Shown in pieces: positions 28,740 to 39,693 of a stretch of 61,228 bases of DNA. Both the position numbers and the translations under genes were made by a program. Position 1 is the stretch's first letter. Each line of letters starts with the position of its first letter. The notes beneath the pieces were generated by a model, which saw only the letters and a program-made list of their open reading frames with translations, did not search any database and had not been told where the DNA came from. The stretch lies in sequence record DRR723986_6336. One strand, written 5' to 3'.

Positions 28740-30302
28740 TCAAGCCTCGGTCGCCGTCAGGTTTTTCGACGCCGTTTTCACTTCCTCGCGCCGCTGCTGT
28801 GCCCTCACTGAAGGCCGCCCCTGCAGCGCATAGTGGTTTAATCCCGGCATATGAACGTGGCGAATATAGTGCTGCCAATCAATCACTCCGGCATCCACGG
28901 GAAACAACTCCTGATCGACAGCGCCCATCGACTTCGATAAAGAGAGCAACTTGTCGCCGTGAAAGCAGTAATTGGGCTGAGCATAGAAAGAGAATATTTT
29001 GGAGAGCTCGACGGCGGTGTCGATATTTCGCCGCGCCCTGAGCTTGCCGCGCCGCCCGAGGCGACGCAGTATCGCGCCAACGATCGTCAGCGCCACCTGA
29101 ACGCACATTGCGACACTACTGAACACGCGCTTATCCACCGCCGTAAATCGCCGGCGGGGCGGCGCGTTAAACAGCTTGTCGTAGTCACCGTGATGACTGC
29201 TGGCCTCTGCCACCAAGTGGTCAATAAAGTCTCCCAGCATTAGTGGGTTACGGCCACCGCTACAACATTGATAGATGCGATGCTGGCCCGGCTCGAGCAG
29301 CTGCTCGGCTGTCGAGAGCAATACCGCATTGGCCACGAGATCGGCCGGAATAATGTCGATCACCCCGGCCCGCTTACCGGGAAAGAACGCAACCTTGCCG
29401 CGCGCATATGCCATCAACACCGCGTCGGCGACCTTGACCCCCTCAATCCACCCTGGGCTTGGCTCGCGCAGTGTACTCTCGATGATCGACGGACGAACCA
29501 CCGTCAGCGAATAGCCTCGCATCACCTTGTACAAATATTGCTCACCCAGCCACTTGGTGAAGGTATAGGTATCGTTCCAGCCCGCAGCTTGCGCTTCCTT
29601 CGCGCCATGCTCTATGAGCTTGGCCTTTAGCGCCCGCCCCTCGTATTGCCCGCGCAACGCCTCAACCAGGCGTTGCAGGCGCTCAATCAAGGCCGAGGTT
29701 TCGTAGAATCTACCCGGCCCCTCAGGTAACGCCAGCCCAACAGGCCCCTCGGACGTCTCGTGGATATCACCCGCTCGGTAGCCGTTTACATAGCAAGTGG
29801 ACACGTGAACAAGAGGTATATTTCCCCCCAACTCACAGAGCTTGGCGACGTTTTCCAGGGAGAACGTATTAATTTCCAGCGCTCGATCCAACTCTTCACG
29901 AAAATTTACACTCGCTGCGGAATTGATCACCACATCGAGCTTGTCGGCCAACGCCGCAAAGTCTGCACGCGTCAGACCAAACCGCGGTGCGGTAATTTCC
30001 CCCATCACACAGTGAACGCGACTTGCAATCAGCGCCTCAAAGCCTTCTTGCCCCAGTTCATGTCGCAAGGTGTCAAAGATGGAGGAGCGGATCACCTCTT
30101 CCCGAAAGCGATCAGTGGCGTCACGAAAATGGCGATTGCCCCGCATCAGCAAGTAAATACCGCCCACACCGGGCGTGGTGCGCAGAATCTTCTCCAACAA
30201 CACCTTGCCCAGGAACCCGGTCGTACCGGTAATCAGCACCTGCTTACCCGTCAGGGCCGCTATCGTCGACGACTTATCTCGATTCAGATCCCGCATCCTC
30301 AT
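28740..30302 (-). CDS. Alcohol-forming fatty acyl-CoA reductase (FAR; NAD_binding_4 plus sterile domain)
   Basis: TGTTGFLGKV; NSAASVNF; HVSTCYV; YTFTK; RPSIIES...PGWIEG; DIIPADLVAN. Confidence 0.9.
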   Translation of the reverse strand: MRMRDLNRDKSSTIAALTGKQVLITGTTGFLGKVLLEKILRTTPGVGGIYLLMRGNRHFRDATDRFREEVIRSSIFDTLRHELGQEGFEALIASRVHCVMGEITAPRFGLTRADFAALADKLDVVINSAASVNFREELDRALEINTFSLENVAKLCELGGNIPLVHVSTCYVNGYRAGDIHETSEGPVGLALPEGPGRFYETSALIERLQRLVEALRGQYEGRALKAKLIEHGAKEAQAAGWNDTYTFTKWLGEQYLYKVMRGYSLTVVRPSIIESTLREPSPGWIEGVKVADAVLMAYARGKVAFFPGKRAGVIDIIPADLVANAVLLSTAEQLLEPGQHRIYQCCSGGRNPLMLGDFIDHLVAEASSHHGDYDKLFNAPPRRRFTAVDKRVFSSVAMCVQVALTIVGAILRRLGRRGKLRARRNIDTAVELSKIFSFYAQPNYCFHGDKLLSLSKSMGAVDQELFPVDAGVIDWQHYIRHVHMPGLNHYALQGRPSVRAQQRREEVKTASKNLTATEA

Positions 30303-30566
30303 TGCCCCCTATCGCGAATTTCATCGCCACATTGATCGGCCTCTAACGCTAGCAAGCGCAGTTGACGACCACATGACACCTCGCCGGCATCCCCTCTGCC
30401 GCTTTGTAGGCAATTCACTTGCAGGAAACACGCCAGTTATCGTGTCACTCAACGAACCCTGTAGAAGAGGCATCGGTTTTTTCGATCGGATTCAACAACA
30501 AACACGACCCATACTGAATCGCTCCGGCCATACACTATCCCTGAACACTGAGATACGGAGAGAACG

Positions 30567-31514
30567 ATGGGTTTACTCATAGACGGAAAGTGGCACGACC
30601 GCTGGTACGACACAGAGAACAATCAAGGGGAATTCAAGCGCGAACAATCACAGTTTCGCGGCCAAATTGGTAGCGATGAATTTCCGGCAGAAGCCGACCG
30701 CTATCACCTGTATGTATCGCTAGCCTGCCCATGGGCACACCGAGCGCTGATTTTTCGCCGCTTAAAAAAGCTTGAATCGCTGATCTCTGTTTCCGTGGTA
30801 AGCCCTATCATGCTTGAACACGGCTGGACCTTTGATATTGACCAGGGCAGCAGCGGCGATCCGCTGCACAACGCAAAGTACTTGCACGAACTGTATACCC
30901 GAAACCAACACGACTACAGCGGGCGCGTTACCGTGCCGGTGTTATGGGATAAAAAACAACAGCGTATCGTAAATAACGAGTCCGCCGATATTATTCGGCA
31001 ATTCAATGGCGCCTTTGCAGACCTCGCTGAAAAAACGCCGGACTACTACCCTGAGTCGCTGCAAGCAGATATCGATGCCATCAACGACGAGATCTACAAC
31101 AAGGTAAATAATGGCGTGTATCGCTGCGGCTTTGCGACAACGCAACAGGCTTATGAAGACGCCTACGACGCGCTTTTTGCAGCCTTAGACACGATTGAAA
31201 ACCAGCTCGGCACACAGCGTTTTCTATGCGGCGATACCATCAGCGAAGCAGACTGGCGGCTTTTCACCACCCTTATTCGCTTTGATGCCGTTTATCATGG
31301 GCATTTCAAGTGCAACCGTCAGCGCCTCGAGGACTACCCTCACCTGTCAAACTACCTTCGCCACCTATACCAATGGCCTGGCGTGGCCGATACGGTGGAT
31401 TTTTCTCATATCAAACGGCACTATTACGTTAGCCACCCGATGATCAATCCCACGCAGGTCGTACCTGTCGGCCCAGACATCGACTACAGTCGCCCACACA
31501 ATCGCAACGAATAG
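30567..31514 (+). CDS. yqjG: Glutathionyl-hydroquinone reductase (GST Xi class)
   Basis: SLACPWAHR; RVTVPVLWD; NNESADI; NNGVYRCGFA; HIKRHYY. Confidence 0.9.
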   Translation: MGLLIDGKWHDRWYDTENNQGEFKREQSQFRGQIGSDEFPAEADRYHLYVSLACPWAHRALIFRRLKKLESLISVSVVSPIMLEHGWTFDIDQGSSGDPLHNAKYLHELYTRNQHDYSGRVTVPVLWDKKQQRIVNNESADIIRQFNGAFADLAEKTPDYYPESLQADIDAINDEIYNKVNNGVYRCGFATTQQAYEDAYDALFAALDTIENQLGTQRFLCGDTISEADWRLFTTLIRFDAVYHGHFKCNRQRLEDYPHLSNYLRHLYQWPGVADTVDFSHIKRHYYVSHPMINPTQVVPVGPDIDYSRPHNRNE

Positions 31515-31527
31515 CGCTTTACCGAAA

Positions 31528-31941
31528 ATGCTGGAAATTTCTAACGCCGTCCGCTTACCTGATAACGAAATTGAACTGAGTGCGATTCGCGCTCAGGGTG
31601 CGGGCGGCCAAAATGTCAACAAGGTGTCTTCGGCCATACACCTCCGCTTTGATATTCGCGCGTCATCGCTGCCTGAGTTTTATAAAACAGAACTTCTGGC
31701 CCTGAAAGATCAGCGCATCAGCAAAGACGGTATTGTGGTGATTAAAGCTCAGCAGTTTCGCACTCAGGAGCAAAATCGAGAAGATGCCCTGCAACGCCTT
31801 CAGACGCTGATCCGCAGCGTCGCCGTCACCCGCAAAACACGTCGCCCCACCAAGCCCAGCAAAAGCGCCAAAGCAAAAAGGATGGACAGCAAAACCAAAC
31901 GGGGAAACATCAAAGCCCTTCGCAAGAAAGTGTTTGATTAG
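31528..31941 (+). CDS. arfB: Alternative ribosome rescue peptidyl-tRNA hydrolase
   Basis: GAGGQNVNKVSSA; basic C-terminal tail RRPTKPS. Confidence 0.95.
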   Translation: MLEISNAVRLPDNEIELSAIRAQGAGGQNVNKVSSAIHLRFDIRASSLPEFYKTELLALKDQRISKDGIVVIKAQQFRTQEQNREDALQRLQTLIRSVAVTRKTRRPTKPSKSAKAKRMDSKTKRGNIKALRKKVFD

Positions 31942-32058
31942 TCCCTCTCCCACGCGCCCCTCGGATATACCGTATACCGCCCTCGACCGAAGCACCTGAC
32001 ACTATCATGAATAGCGTCAGCACGGCCCAAGGCGATAGCGAAATCCAAGGAGAGCACG

Positions 32059-32340
32059 ATGCGTTTGGCAGAAGATATTAAAAATTACATGGAAACGCTG
32101 GTGGAAGAAGAGATTGCCCTGCGTGGACTGGCCGAAAAACATGACAACGACTATCTGCAAGACCTTTTTTGTCTGACGCTAAACGCACTGCCGCCAAAGT
32201 ATGTTCGTTATGCTATCGATATACTTATGTACATGAGCAACGAAGAGCGTGCAGCCCTGCAAAAACAGGTTACCCGAGCATTGAATGATGCAACGATTGT
32301 GATGGGAAGCAACCGTCGAAAAGAGTCCCGGTCGGAATAA
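32059..32340 (+). CDS. ComFB-family protein
   Basis: KNYMETLV...DLFCLTLNALPPKYVR matches the ComFB N-x-x-E...C-x-x-LN-x-LPPxY signature; AGGAG SD. Confidence 0.82.
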   Translation: MRLAEDIKNYMETLVEEEIALRGLAEKHDNDYLQDLFCLTLNALPPKYVRYAIDILMYMSNEERAALQKQVTRALNDATIVMGSNRRKESRSE

Positions 32341-32352
32341 TATCAGGCAACA

Positions 32353-33450
32353 CTAATGCCCCTTCACCACCGCCAGCTCCTTGCTGGCTTTAGAGGCGTG
32401 GTAAAGCTCAGAGAGCCTAGGCGCAATTTTCTTCAGCGGTAGCAATTCCTGTACAGCGCCCAATTGATATGCCGCGCCCGGCATCCCCCATACCACCGAA
32501 CTGGCTTCGTCCTGAGCAAGCGTCAGGGCGCCTGCCTCACGCATCGCCAGCATGCCAGCGGCGCCATCTTTTCCCATGCCGGTGAGCAATACACACATTG
32601 CATTTTTGCCCATCTCACGGGCCACTGACTCAAACAACACATCGGCAGAGGGCCGATGACGATTGACCGGCTCAGTCTCATCAACCACGCAATAATAGCG
32701 CGCACCGTCGCGTCGCAACCGTAAATGCTTGCCCCCTGGCGCAATATATACGTGACCATGCAGCACCCGCATACCGTCTTCCGCTTCACATACCGTCATC
32801 TCGCTGCAGCCATCCATACGTTTGGCGAAAGCCGAGCTAAACATACCGGGTATATGCTGAACGATGACCGTGCCAGGTGTGTCGGCGGGTAGCCCTTGCA
32901 GGACCTCGCGAATCGCCTCGGTTCCCCCCGTGGAAGCGCCAATCGCCAAAATCTTATCGGTAGTACCAAAGTTCAAGGCCGTTTTCTTCGCCTTTTTACT
33001 CGCTACCTTTTTGTGCTCCACCTCGCTCGCTAAGCGGCTCACATTGGCGACACTCGCCGCCTTAACCTTCTCAATTAAGTCGTCGGCATAGGCCTTGATC
33101 CCCTCTGCAACATCGACCTCGGGCTTCGCGACAAAATCCACCGCGCCAAGCTCCAAGGCCTCAAGAGTAACTGCCGCACCTGCCTGAGTTAAGGATGACA
33201 CCATCACCACAGGCATCGGCCGCAGGCGCATAATATTGCGCAAAAACTGTAAGCCATCCATGCGCGGCATTTCTACATCGAGGGTGATCACATCTGGGGA
33301 TAGCCGCTTAATTTTTTCTCTGGCGATAAACGGGTCTGAGGCCACGCCGACCACCTCAATACCCGGGTCTGCAGACAGAATTTCCGTCAGTAAATGCCGA
33401 ATCAACGCTGAATCATCAACCACCAATACCTTAATACGCTGCTCCGGCAT
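32353..33450 (-). CDS. cheB: Chemotaxis methylesterase CheB
   Basis: REC domain (LDVEMP); GASTGG, VQHIP and GMGKDG catalytic S/H/D. Confidence 0.96.
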   Translation of the reverse strand: MPEQRIKVLVVDDSALIRHLLTEILSADPGIEVVGVASDPFIAREKIKRLSPDVITLDVEMPRMDGLQFLRNIMRLRPMPVVMVSSLTQAGAAVTLEALELGAVDFVAKPEVDVAEGIKAYADDLIEKVKAASVANVSRLASEVEHKKVASKKAKKTALNFGTTDKILAIGASTGGTEAIREVLQGLPADTPGTVIVQHIPGMFSSAFAKRMDGCSEMTVCEAEDGMRVLHGHVYIAPGGKHLRLRRDGARYYCVVDETEPVNRHRPSADVLFESVAREMGKNAMCVLLTGMGKDGAAGMLAMREAGALTLAQDEASSVVWGMPGAAYQLGAVQELLPLKKIAPRLSELYHASKASKELAVVKGH

Positions 33451-33506
33451 AAACACCTCTAACCAATGAACGCCTTATCCCCTTCCCTGAGTGACTCTCA
33501 ATACAC

Positions 33507-36443
33507 TCAGAATTCCTCCCACTCGTCGCCGCCGGATACGCGCTTACCACTTACGCCGTGATAGTTTGCATTGCTTCCCGCTGCTTCGGGCTTCGCTCTG
33601 GAGGGGCTACGCAGCGGTGCCACCGTCTTGCTTGCAGGCGCTACGCCATGGCCCATGGGCGCCTCGGCCTGGTCACCAATTTTGAAGTAGTTCATCCGAT
33701 CACTGAGGCCAGAAGAGAGGGTATCCATTGACTGACTCGCCGCCGCAGCCTGCTCTACCAGTGCCGCATTCTCCTGGGTCACTTTATCCATCTCTGATAC
33801 CGCTTTATTCACTTGCTCAATGCCAGCTGCCTGCTCCTGACTGGCCAGCGCGATTTCAGAAATAATGTCCGATACTTTTTTCACGCTTTGAACAATTTCT
33901 TCAAGCGTTGAGCCAGACTCGTCGATCAATCTTGAGCCTTCCTCAACCTTCTCGACGCTGTCTTTAATCAGGGTTTTAATCTCTTTGGCGGCCTCCGCAC
34001 TGCGTTGCGCCAAATTACGTACCTCTGATGCCACCACAGCGAAACCACGCCCCTGCTCTCCGGCACGTGCGGCCTCAACGGCAGCATTAAGCGCAAGCAG
34101 GTTGGTCTGGAAAGCTATCTCATCGATCACCCCGATAATGTCGGAAATACGTTTCGAAGAAGAATTAATCTCGCGCATTGCATCGACCGCGCGGCCAACC
34201 ACATCGCCGCCTTTCTCGGCTTGGCCCCGTGCGCCGGAAGCCAGGTTATTTGCCTGTGAGGCATTCTCAGCGTTCTGCTTAACCGTCGCAGTAAATTGCT
34301 CAACGCTGGATGCCGTTTCTTCCAGCGACGCGGCCTGAGCCTCCGTGCGGTTCGATAAGTCGAGGTTCCCTTGCGCGATCTCAGACGCTGAGCTGCGAAT
34401 ACCCATCGCGGCCTCTCGAATCTGCACCACCATGTCCTTCAAGTTACCCACAGAGGTGTTGACCGCATCCTGCATCGACGCGAACTGGCCTTGATACTGG
34501 CCGGCCATCACTTCCATCAAATCACCTTCGGCAAGCGCCTCCATAACCCGAGAGCTTTCTCTAAGCGGCTCAGCAATGGTGTCCATAAGGCTGTTCAACC
34601 CTGCACCGAGACGCTGCAGGAATCCGGTCGTCCCCTCCAGATCGATCCGTGCTTCAAGCTGGCCAGCAATGGCGCTATCTACCAGCTCTTTAATTTGCTG
34701 TTCGGCATTATTCTGATCATCGACAATGGCATCCATTAGCCCGTTAACAGACTTCCCGAGCCGCTGCATAAAGCCAGAATAATTCTCCGCGTCCAAGCGT
34801 TGATCAAGTTGCCCCTCCGCCGCCGCGGAAATCAGGCTGGCAATCTGCCGCTCGGCGTCCTTCTGCTCCGTAATATCCTTCCACTCGACCATATTCCCCA
34901 TATAGTCGCCGTTTGCATCCAAAATTGCCGTGGCGTTCACTTCAAACTCCAGGTCAGCAATTTTAATTTCTGCCTTCGCCGGCAGCGCGGCCACATTGGC
35001 AAGCAAGCCGCGCTGATGCGCGGGGTTTTTGTGAAATTGGTCAATGGACTGGCCGACAAGATTATCTGCCGAGAAACCCGGGAAATGCTCGCGTAATATT
35101 GCTTCGCGGTTTTTCAGCATTTCAACAACCGCCGGATTCGCATAGGTAATATTCAGATCAGCGTCGCACATCATAAAATTAGCATCAGCGCCGTTCACCG
35201 CAGACTGTAACGCCGCCACCTGAGTTTCGCGTGCGCGCTGCTCGGTAACATCGAGCCACTCCAAGGTGTTGCCAATGTAGTTACCCTTAGCATCAATTTG
35301 CGCCGTCACATTAATATTGAAAGTCAGGTGCCCTACGTGAATATCTGCCGAATGCGGCAGGTTGGCTGGGTCGGCGAGCATTTTACGCTGATGAGCGGGA
35401 TTCTTGTGGAAAATATCAATGCAAGTGCCAACGATATTGTCGACATCAAAGCCTGGGTATATCGCCGCCAAAGCCTCTCGGTGACTACCCAATAGGGTCT
35501 GCGTAGATTCGTTGACATAGGTGACGTTAAAATCACGGTCAATCATCATAATCGCTGTCATCGCCGAGCCAACAGCTGTCTGCAGACGTGCAACCTCCGT
35601 CTCCTTAGCTCGAACGTCTGTCACGTCGAGCCACTCTAAGGTATTACCAATGTAATTACCTTTGCCATCTATCTGCGCCGTTACGTTGATATTGAAGGTG
35701 AGGTCGCCCACATGGATATCGGCCGAGTGCGGCAGGTTGGCGGGGTCTGCCAGTAAGCGCCGCTGGTGTTGGGGGTCCTTGTGAAAAATATCGATGCAAG
35801 TGCCGACGATATTTTGCACGTCAAAGCCCGGATATACCGATGCCAACGCAGTGCCGTGCTTCTGCAGTAATGCCTCAGTTGCCGTATTCACATAGGTTAC
35901 CGTCAAATCACGATCGACCATCATGATAGCGGTCATGGCACTATCTACCGCCGTTTGTAGCCGCGCAACCTTATCCTCATGAGCGCGTTGAGCAGTGACA
36001 TCTAACCACTCAAGCGTATTACCAATATAATTACCGCTATCGTCAATTTGAGCAGTCACGTTGATATTGAAAATAAGTTCGCCAACATGAATATCGGCCG
36101 AATGTGGCAGGTTGGCTGGGTTAGCGAGCAAGCCGCGCTGATGGGCGGGATCCTTGTGAAAAATATCGATGCAGGTACCCACAATATTATTCGCATCAAA
36201 ACCTGGGTAGGTGGCCGCCAACGCATCTGCGTGCTTAGCAAGTAACTTTTGCGTGGATTCATTCACATAGGTAACCACGAGGTCGCGGTCGACCATCATG
36301 ATGGCGGTCATGGCCCCACCGACGGCCGTTCGCCAACGCGCCAGCTCCTGAACTTGTTGTTGGTCGGCTTTGCTGCGACGGGGGGTCTTCGCAGTGCCGG
36401 CAGTACGGCGGGCTGTTGCGGATTTTGTATTCTGCGCTACCAT
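33507..36443 (-). CDS. Aer2/McpB-like soluble chemoreceptor with four PAS domains
   Basis: Four 125-aa PAS repeats with D(I/Q)FHKxPxHQR and GNxxEW; HAMP region; MCP tip; C-terminal pentapeptide EWEEF. Confidence 0.9.
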   Translation of the reverse strand: MVAQNTKSATARRTAGTAKTPRRSKADQQQVQELARWRTAVGGAMTAIMMVDRDLVVTYVNESTQKLLAKHADALAATYPGFDANNIVGTCIDIFHKDPAHQRGLLANPANLPHSADIHVGELIFNINVTAQIDDSGNYIGNTLEWLDVTAQRAHEDKVARLQTAVDSAMTAIMMVDRDLTVTYVNTATEALLQKHGTALASVYPGFDVQNIVGTCIDIFHKDPQHQRRLLADPANLPHSADIHVGDLTFNINVTAQIDGKGNYIGNTLEWLDVTDVRAKETEVARLQTAVGSAMTAIMMIDRDFNVTYVNESTQTLLGSHREALAAIYPGFDVDNIVGTCIDIFHKNPAHQRKMLADPANLPHSADIHVGHLTFNINVTAQIDAKGNYIGNTLEWLDVTEQRARETQVAALQSAVNGADANFMMCDADLNITYANPAVVEMLKNREAILREHFPGFSADNLVGQSIDQFHKNPAHQRGLLANVAALPAKAEIKIADLEFEVNATAILDANGDYMGNMVEWKDITEQKDAERQIASLISAAAEGQLDQRLDAENYSGFMQRLGKSVNGLMDAIVDDQNNAEQQIKELVDSAIAGQLEARIDLEGTTGFLQRLGAGLNSLMDTIAEPLRESSRVMEALAEGDLMEVMAGQYQGQFASMQDAVNTSVGNLKDMVVQIREAAMGIRSSASEIAQGNLDLSNRTEAQAASLEETASSVEQFTATVKQNAENASQANNLASGARGQAEKGGDVVGRAVDAMREINSSSKRISDIIGVIDEIAFQTNLLALNAAVEAARAGEQGRGFAVVASEVRNLAQRSAEAAKEIKTLIKDSVEKVEEGSRLIDESGSTLEEIVQSVKKVSDIISEIALASQEQAAGIEQVNKAVSEMDKVTQENAALVEQAAAASQSMDTLSSGLSDRMNYFKIGDQAEAPMGHGVAPASKTVAPLRSPSRAKPEAAGSNANYHGVSGKRVSGGDEWEEF
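34870..36340 (-). repeat. Intragenic 375-bp tandem PAS repeats (x4)
   Basis: FH codon blocks at 36156, 35781, 35406 and 35031, an exact 375-bp period. Boundaries approximate. Confidence 0.85.
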
Positions 36444-36503
36444 GTGACTTCTCCTGAACCTATCTACGCTGCCCTATCTCAACCCTTTGGTCATGAGAGA
36501 CGG

Positions 36504-37352
36504 CTAATTATCTAGTCGTTGGTATATTGTTCTGCCTATCAGTGCGTACTTATCGGTCACTCCCGCGAGATTTTCAGAGTGGCCAATGATCAACACGTCA
36601 CCAGGTTGTTGTAGTTTTGCAATTTTGCTGAATATTTTTCTTTGGGTGTCTTTATCGAAATAGATAATGACATTACGAAAAAAAATAAGATCGAAACCCT
36701 TCTTAAACGGGAACTCATCTAAAAGATTCAGTTGGCGAAACACCATATTAGTGCGCACGTCATCGCGAACCTTAACTAATCCTTTACGCGCGCCTTTGCC
36801 GCGCAGAAAGAAAAGTGACCGCAGACGCTCATCAATGCCGTCTACGCGCGCTGCGTCATAGACGCCCTGTTCTGCTTTGCGCAATACCGATGTATCAATA
36901 TCGGTGCACAAAATCTTTATATCCCAGGTATCCCGGTTAGCAATGCTGTCCAACACCGTCATCGCGATACTGTATGGCTCTTCACCACTACTGCAGCCCG
37001 CAGACCAAATACGGCAATACCTCGACGCGATCTCGCGTTTGGCAATAAAGTCTTTAAGAAACTCGAAATGATGTGGCTCTCGAAAAAAACTGGTGAAGTT
37101 CGTCGTGATGGCGTTGATAAAATCGGTGACTTCCGATTCTTCATTTTTCTCAAAGTACTCGATGTATTGCGAAAAATTTTGAAGATTTAATTTACGGATA
37201 CGCTTGGCAAAGCGACTGTATACGAGCTGGCGCTTTTCTTCCCCTAAGGTAATCCCTGTACGCGCGTACACGATCTCTTTCAGCTTATTGAAATCGCGAT
37301 CTTTGAATTGAAATTCAAATTTCACGTCAGATAGATCTTCCGCAGCACTCAC
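36504..37352 (-). CDS. cheR: Chemotaxis methyltransferase CheR
   Basis: ITTNFTSFFRE; IWSAGCSSGEEPYSIA; FRNVIIYFD; GHSE. Confidence 0.96.
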   Translation of the reverse strand: MSAAEDLSDVKFEFQFKDRDFNKLKEIVYARTGITLGEEKRQLVYSRFAKRIRKLNLQNFSQYIEYFEKNEESEVTDFINAITTNFTSFFREPHHFEFLKDFIAKREIASRYCRIWSAGCSSGEEPYSIAMTVLDSIANRDTWDIKILCTDIDTSVLRKAEQGVYDAARVDGIDERLRSLFFLRGKGARKGLVKVRDDVRTNMVFRQLNLLDEFPFKKGFDLIFFRNVIIYFDKDTQRKIFSKIAKLQQPGDVLIIGHSENLAGVTDKYALIGRTIYQRLDN

Positions 37353-37454
37353 AGCAACGCCCCTTGATTAGGCACTGAAACTTCAATTTGAGTACATCAC
37401 AGCGATTGCCTCACAGACCATAAGTAATGGCACCTACCGCGATTACGATAAACG

Positions 37455-37847
37455 TCAGTGGGGAATACAGGTCTTCAGAGAAATCACCACCGCACCACCA
37501 GCAACCATTAAGGCAGCACAGGCGATTTGTCCGGCGAGTGTTGGCACCGCAAAGACAACCGAGCATCCCCCAACAGCAAGCATTGACAAAACGGCGATCC
37601 ATTTTGTTCGACAGTTTACGCAGCGCTGACGCTCCCAGCGTTTTATCGTCGGACCGAAAAGACGACTTGCCAACAAGCGTTGATGACAGCGCTCAGAACT
37701 CTTTGAAAAACATGCTGCGGTAAGCAACAAGAAGGGAGTGGTCGGGAGCAATGGCAGAAACACGCCAGCCAATGCCAGCAACAGGAATAATAGTCCTGCA
37801 GACAAATAGAACATCCGTGCGACGCCAGTCGCTTCTACCGCTCTCAT
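37455..37847 (-). CDS. YbaN (DUF454) family membrane protein
   Basis: GVFLPLLPTTPFLLL...CFSKSS...FGP signature. Confidence 0.85.
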   Translation of the reverse strand: MRAVEATGVARMFYLSAGLLFLLLALAGVFLPLLPTTPFLLLTAACFSKSSERCHQRLLASRLFGPTIKRWERQRCVNCRTKWIAVLSMLAVGGCSVVFAVPTLAGQIACAALMVAGGAVVISLKTCIPH

Positions 37848-37849
37848 CG

Positions 37850-38317
37850 CTACGAGACGACGAAATACAACTTGCCATTACCATAGCGTGGAATCGGCAC
37901 AGTAAAACCGATCACCGCTGAGCCCTCTAGGGTGCCAACGGCATCTGCCAATGCAGCGCCTTCGACTAGCTCTGCCAGCTTTATATGGGTGGATTGATCA
38001 TTCATCAGCAATCGCGAACAAATGTTTGCCACTTCGTAGAAGTTAGCCCGTACACCTTCGGAGAGATCCTCGTCCTTGGCCATGTCCTCAGCGCCACCTT
38101 TGGGAATCATAGAAAGTGCGGCCCCCGAAAATGCGGCGAATGAATAATCGGCAACGAGCATAGCAACCAGTGCACCCTCATCATCGACATAACTCGCGCC
38201 TATCGCAGATGATGGCAAAGACACATCACCGTCGCCCACCTCTAAGTCATCGACACCGAAAAGCATGGCGAGCATACTCGCTACCGAACCGGCTTTGGGT
38301 TTTAACAGTGATGCCAT
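37850..38317 (-). CDS. Hypothetical protein, CheC/CheX-like phosphatase candidate
   Basis: 155 aa with an E-x-x-N motif (FYEVANI); lies directly behind a single-domain response regulator. Confidence 0.55.
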   Translation of the reverse strand: MASLLKPKAGSVASMLAMLFGVDDLEVGDGDVSLPSSAIGASYVDDEGALVAMLVADYSFAAFSGAALSMIPKGGAEDMAKDEDLSEGVRANFYEVANICSRLLMNDQSTHIKLAELVEGAALADAVGTLEGSAVIGFTVPIPRYGNGKLYFVVS

Positions 38318-38329
38318 GGGATTTACCTT

Positions 38330-38689
38330 CTACATGATTGCACTTAGTACTTTTTGAAAGGAGTCCACAGAGAACGGTTTTGAGATCAAAAACTTCGCGC
38401 CACCGGCTGTCGCCTTGGCACGCATTTCTGATGTGGCTTCGGTTGTTATAAACCCAAATTTGGTTTTCAGCCCTTCCTCGTTCATGGCTTCTAAAAGCTC
38501 TATGCCGGTCATATTTGGCATATTCCAATCAGCGAGGACTAAATCAGGCAACTGCCCTTTCACCATTTCCAAGGCGATAGCGCCATCTTCAGCCTGAGAA
38601 ACGTCATTGCCGTCAAAGCCTGCTTGACGCAATGTTCTGATAATCATATTTCTCATCGCCGCACTGTCGTCGACCACAAGTATATTCAT
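38330..38689 (-). CDS. Single-domain response regulator (CheY-like)
   Basis: ILVVDDS; DWNMP; TTE; ISKPF. Start at ATG 38689. Confidence 0.9.
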   Translation of the reverse strand: MNILVVDDSAAMRNMIIRTLRQAGFDGNDVSQAEDGAIALEMVKGQLPDLVLADWNMPNMTGIELLEAMNEEGLKTKFGFITTEATSEMRAKATAGGAKFLISKPFSVDSFQKVLSAIM

Positions 38690-38844
38690 GCTTAGCCACC
38701 TTTTTTCATCGAAATTGCGCAATACTTCTATGCTGATAATTTGAGCACACACATTGCGAAACTCCCAATTAGTGAACATACCTATTGTTGAAAAGGCGCT
38801 GCGAATGAGACTGTTTGTAAAATAACTTGTCCGGGATTACGCCA

Positions 38845-39693
38845 ATGGAAAGTGCAAAATCACTGGTAACAAATGCGAGCTCTCTGGTGTCTTTTCCCAG
38901 CATCGCCATTGAAGTTGGAAAAGTGATTAATAGCGAAGATGGATCCGTTCGAGACGTCGCAAAACTCATTGAATCAGACCCTGCTTTAACCGCGAAGTTA
39001 CTTCGAGTGGCAAACAGTGCTGCCTTCCCCAGTGTCTCAGAGGTCAACACCGTCCCTAAAGCCATTACCCGCATTGGTTCGCGCACGATCAATCAAGTAC
39101 TCACAGGAATCGAGGTGGCACGCTGCTTCGAAGGCGTCGAAAACGCCGCCTTTTCGATTGACGAATTTTGGCGCCACAGTATTTATACCGCACTTATCGC
39201 TCAGAATATCGCCAACATCTGCCGGAAGGTTGAGCCCGGCGTGGCGTTTACCGCAGGCCTGCTGCACGATATTGGCGATCTTATTTTATATAACGCGACA
39301 AAAGAGCGTGGCGAACAATGCTTCTCACAATCGCTGCTCGACAACGACGGCCTGGAAACTTATAAAACCGAGCAAGATTTTTTTGGCTTTGACCACAGCG
39401 ACGTCGGCTACGAATTAGCCAGTCAGTGGTCACTGCCGACGTCGATCCAAGAGAGTATTCTTGCTCACCATACACCGAATAAACTGGAGGATATTCCAGA
39501 CCTGGTATATGTGGTGCATATCGCAAATAGCCTCGCTGTATTATGTGAGCTAGACAGCGACGATTTTTCTGAGGCGGCGCCGATTCTGGACACGGCGTGG
39601 CAGACTTTAGGTCTGGACCCAAGTCAGGCGACAGAGATTATCGGCGACATCAAAGCCAGCGCTGAAGACATTCTCCAGGCATTTTCCGCTTAA
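38845..39693 (+). CDS. HDOD-domain protein
   Basis: DPALTAKLLRVANS; FWRHS; TAGLLHDIG; DHSDVG...WSLP. Alternative start TTG 38827. Confidence 0.92.
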   Translation: MESAKSLVTNASSLVSFPSIAIEVGKVINSEDGSVRDVAKLIESDPALTAKLLRVANSAAFPSVSEVNTVPKAITRIGSRTINQVLTGIEVARCFEGVENAAFSIDEFWRHSIYTALIAQNIANICRKVEPGVAFTAGLLHDIGDLILYNATKERGEQCFSQSLLDNDGLETYKTEQDFFGFDHSDVGYELASQWSLPTSIQESILAHHTPNKLEDIPDLVYVVHIANSLAVLCELDSDDFSEAAPILDTAWQTLGLDPSQATEIIGDIKASAEDILQAFSA

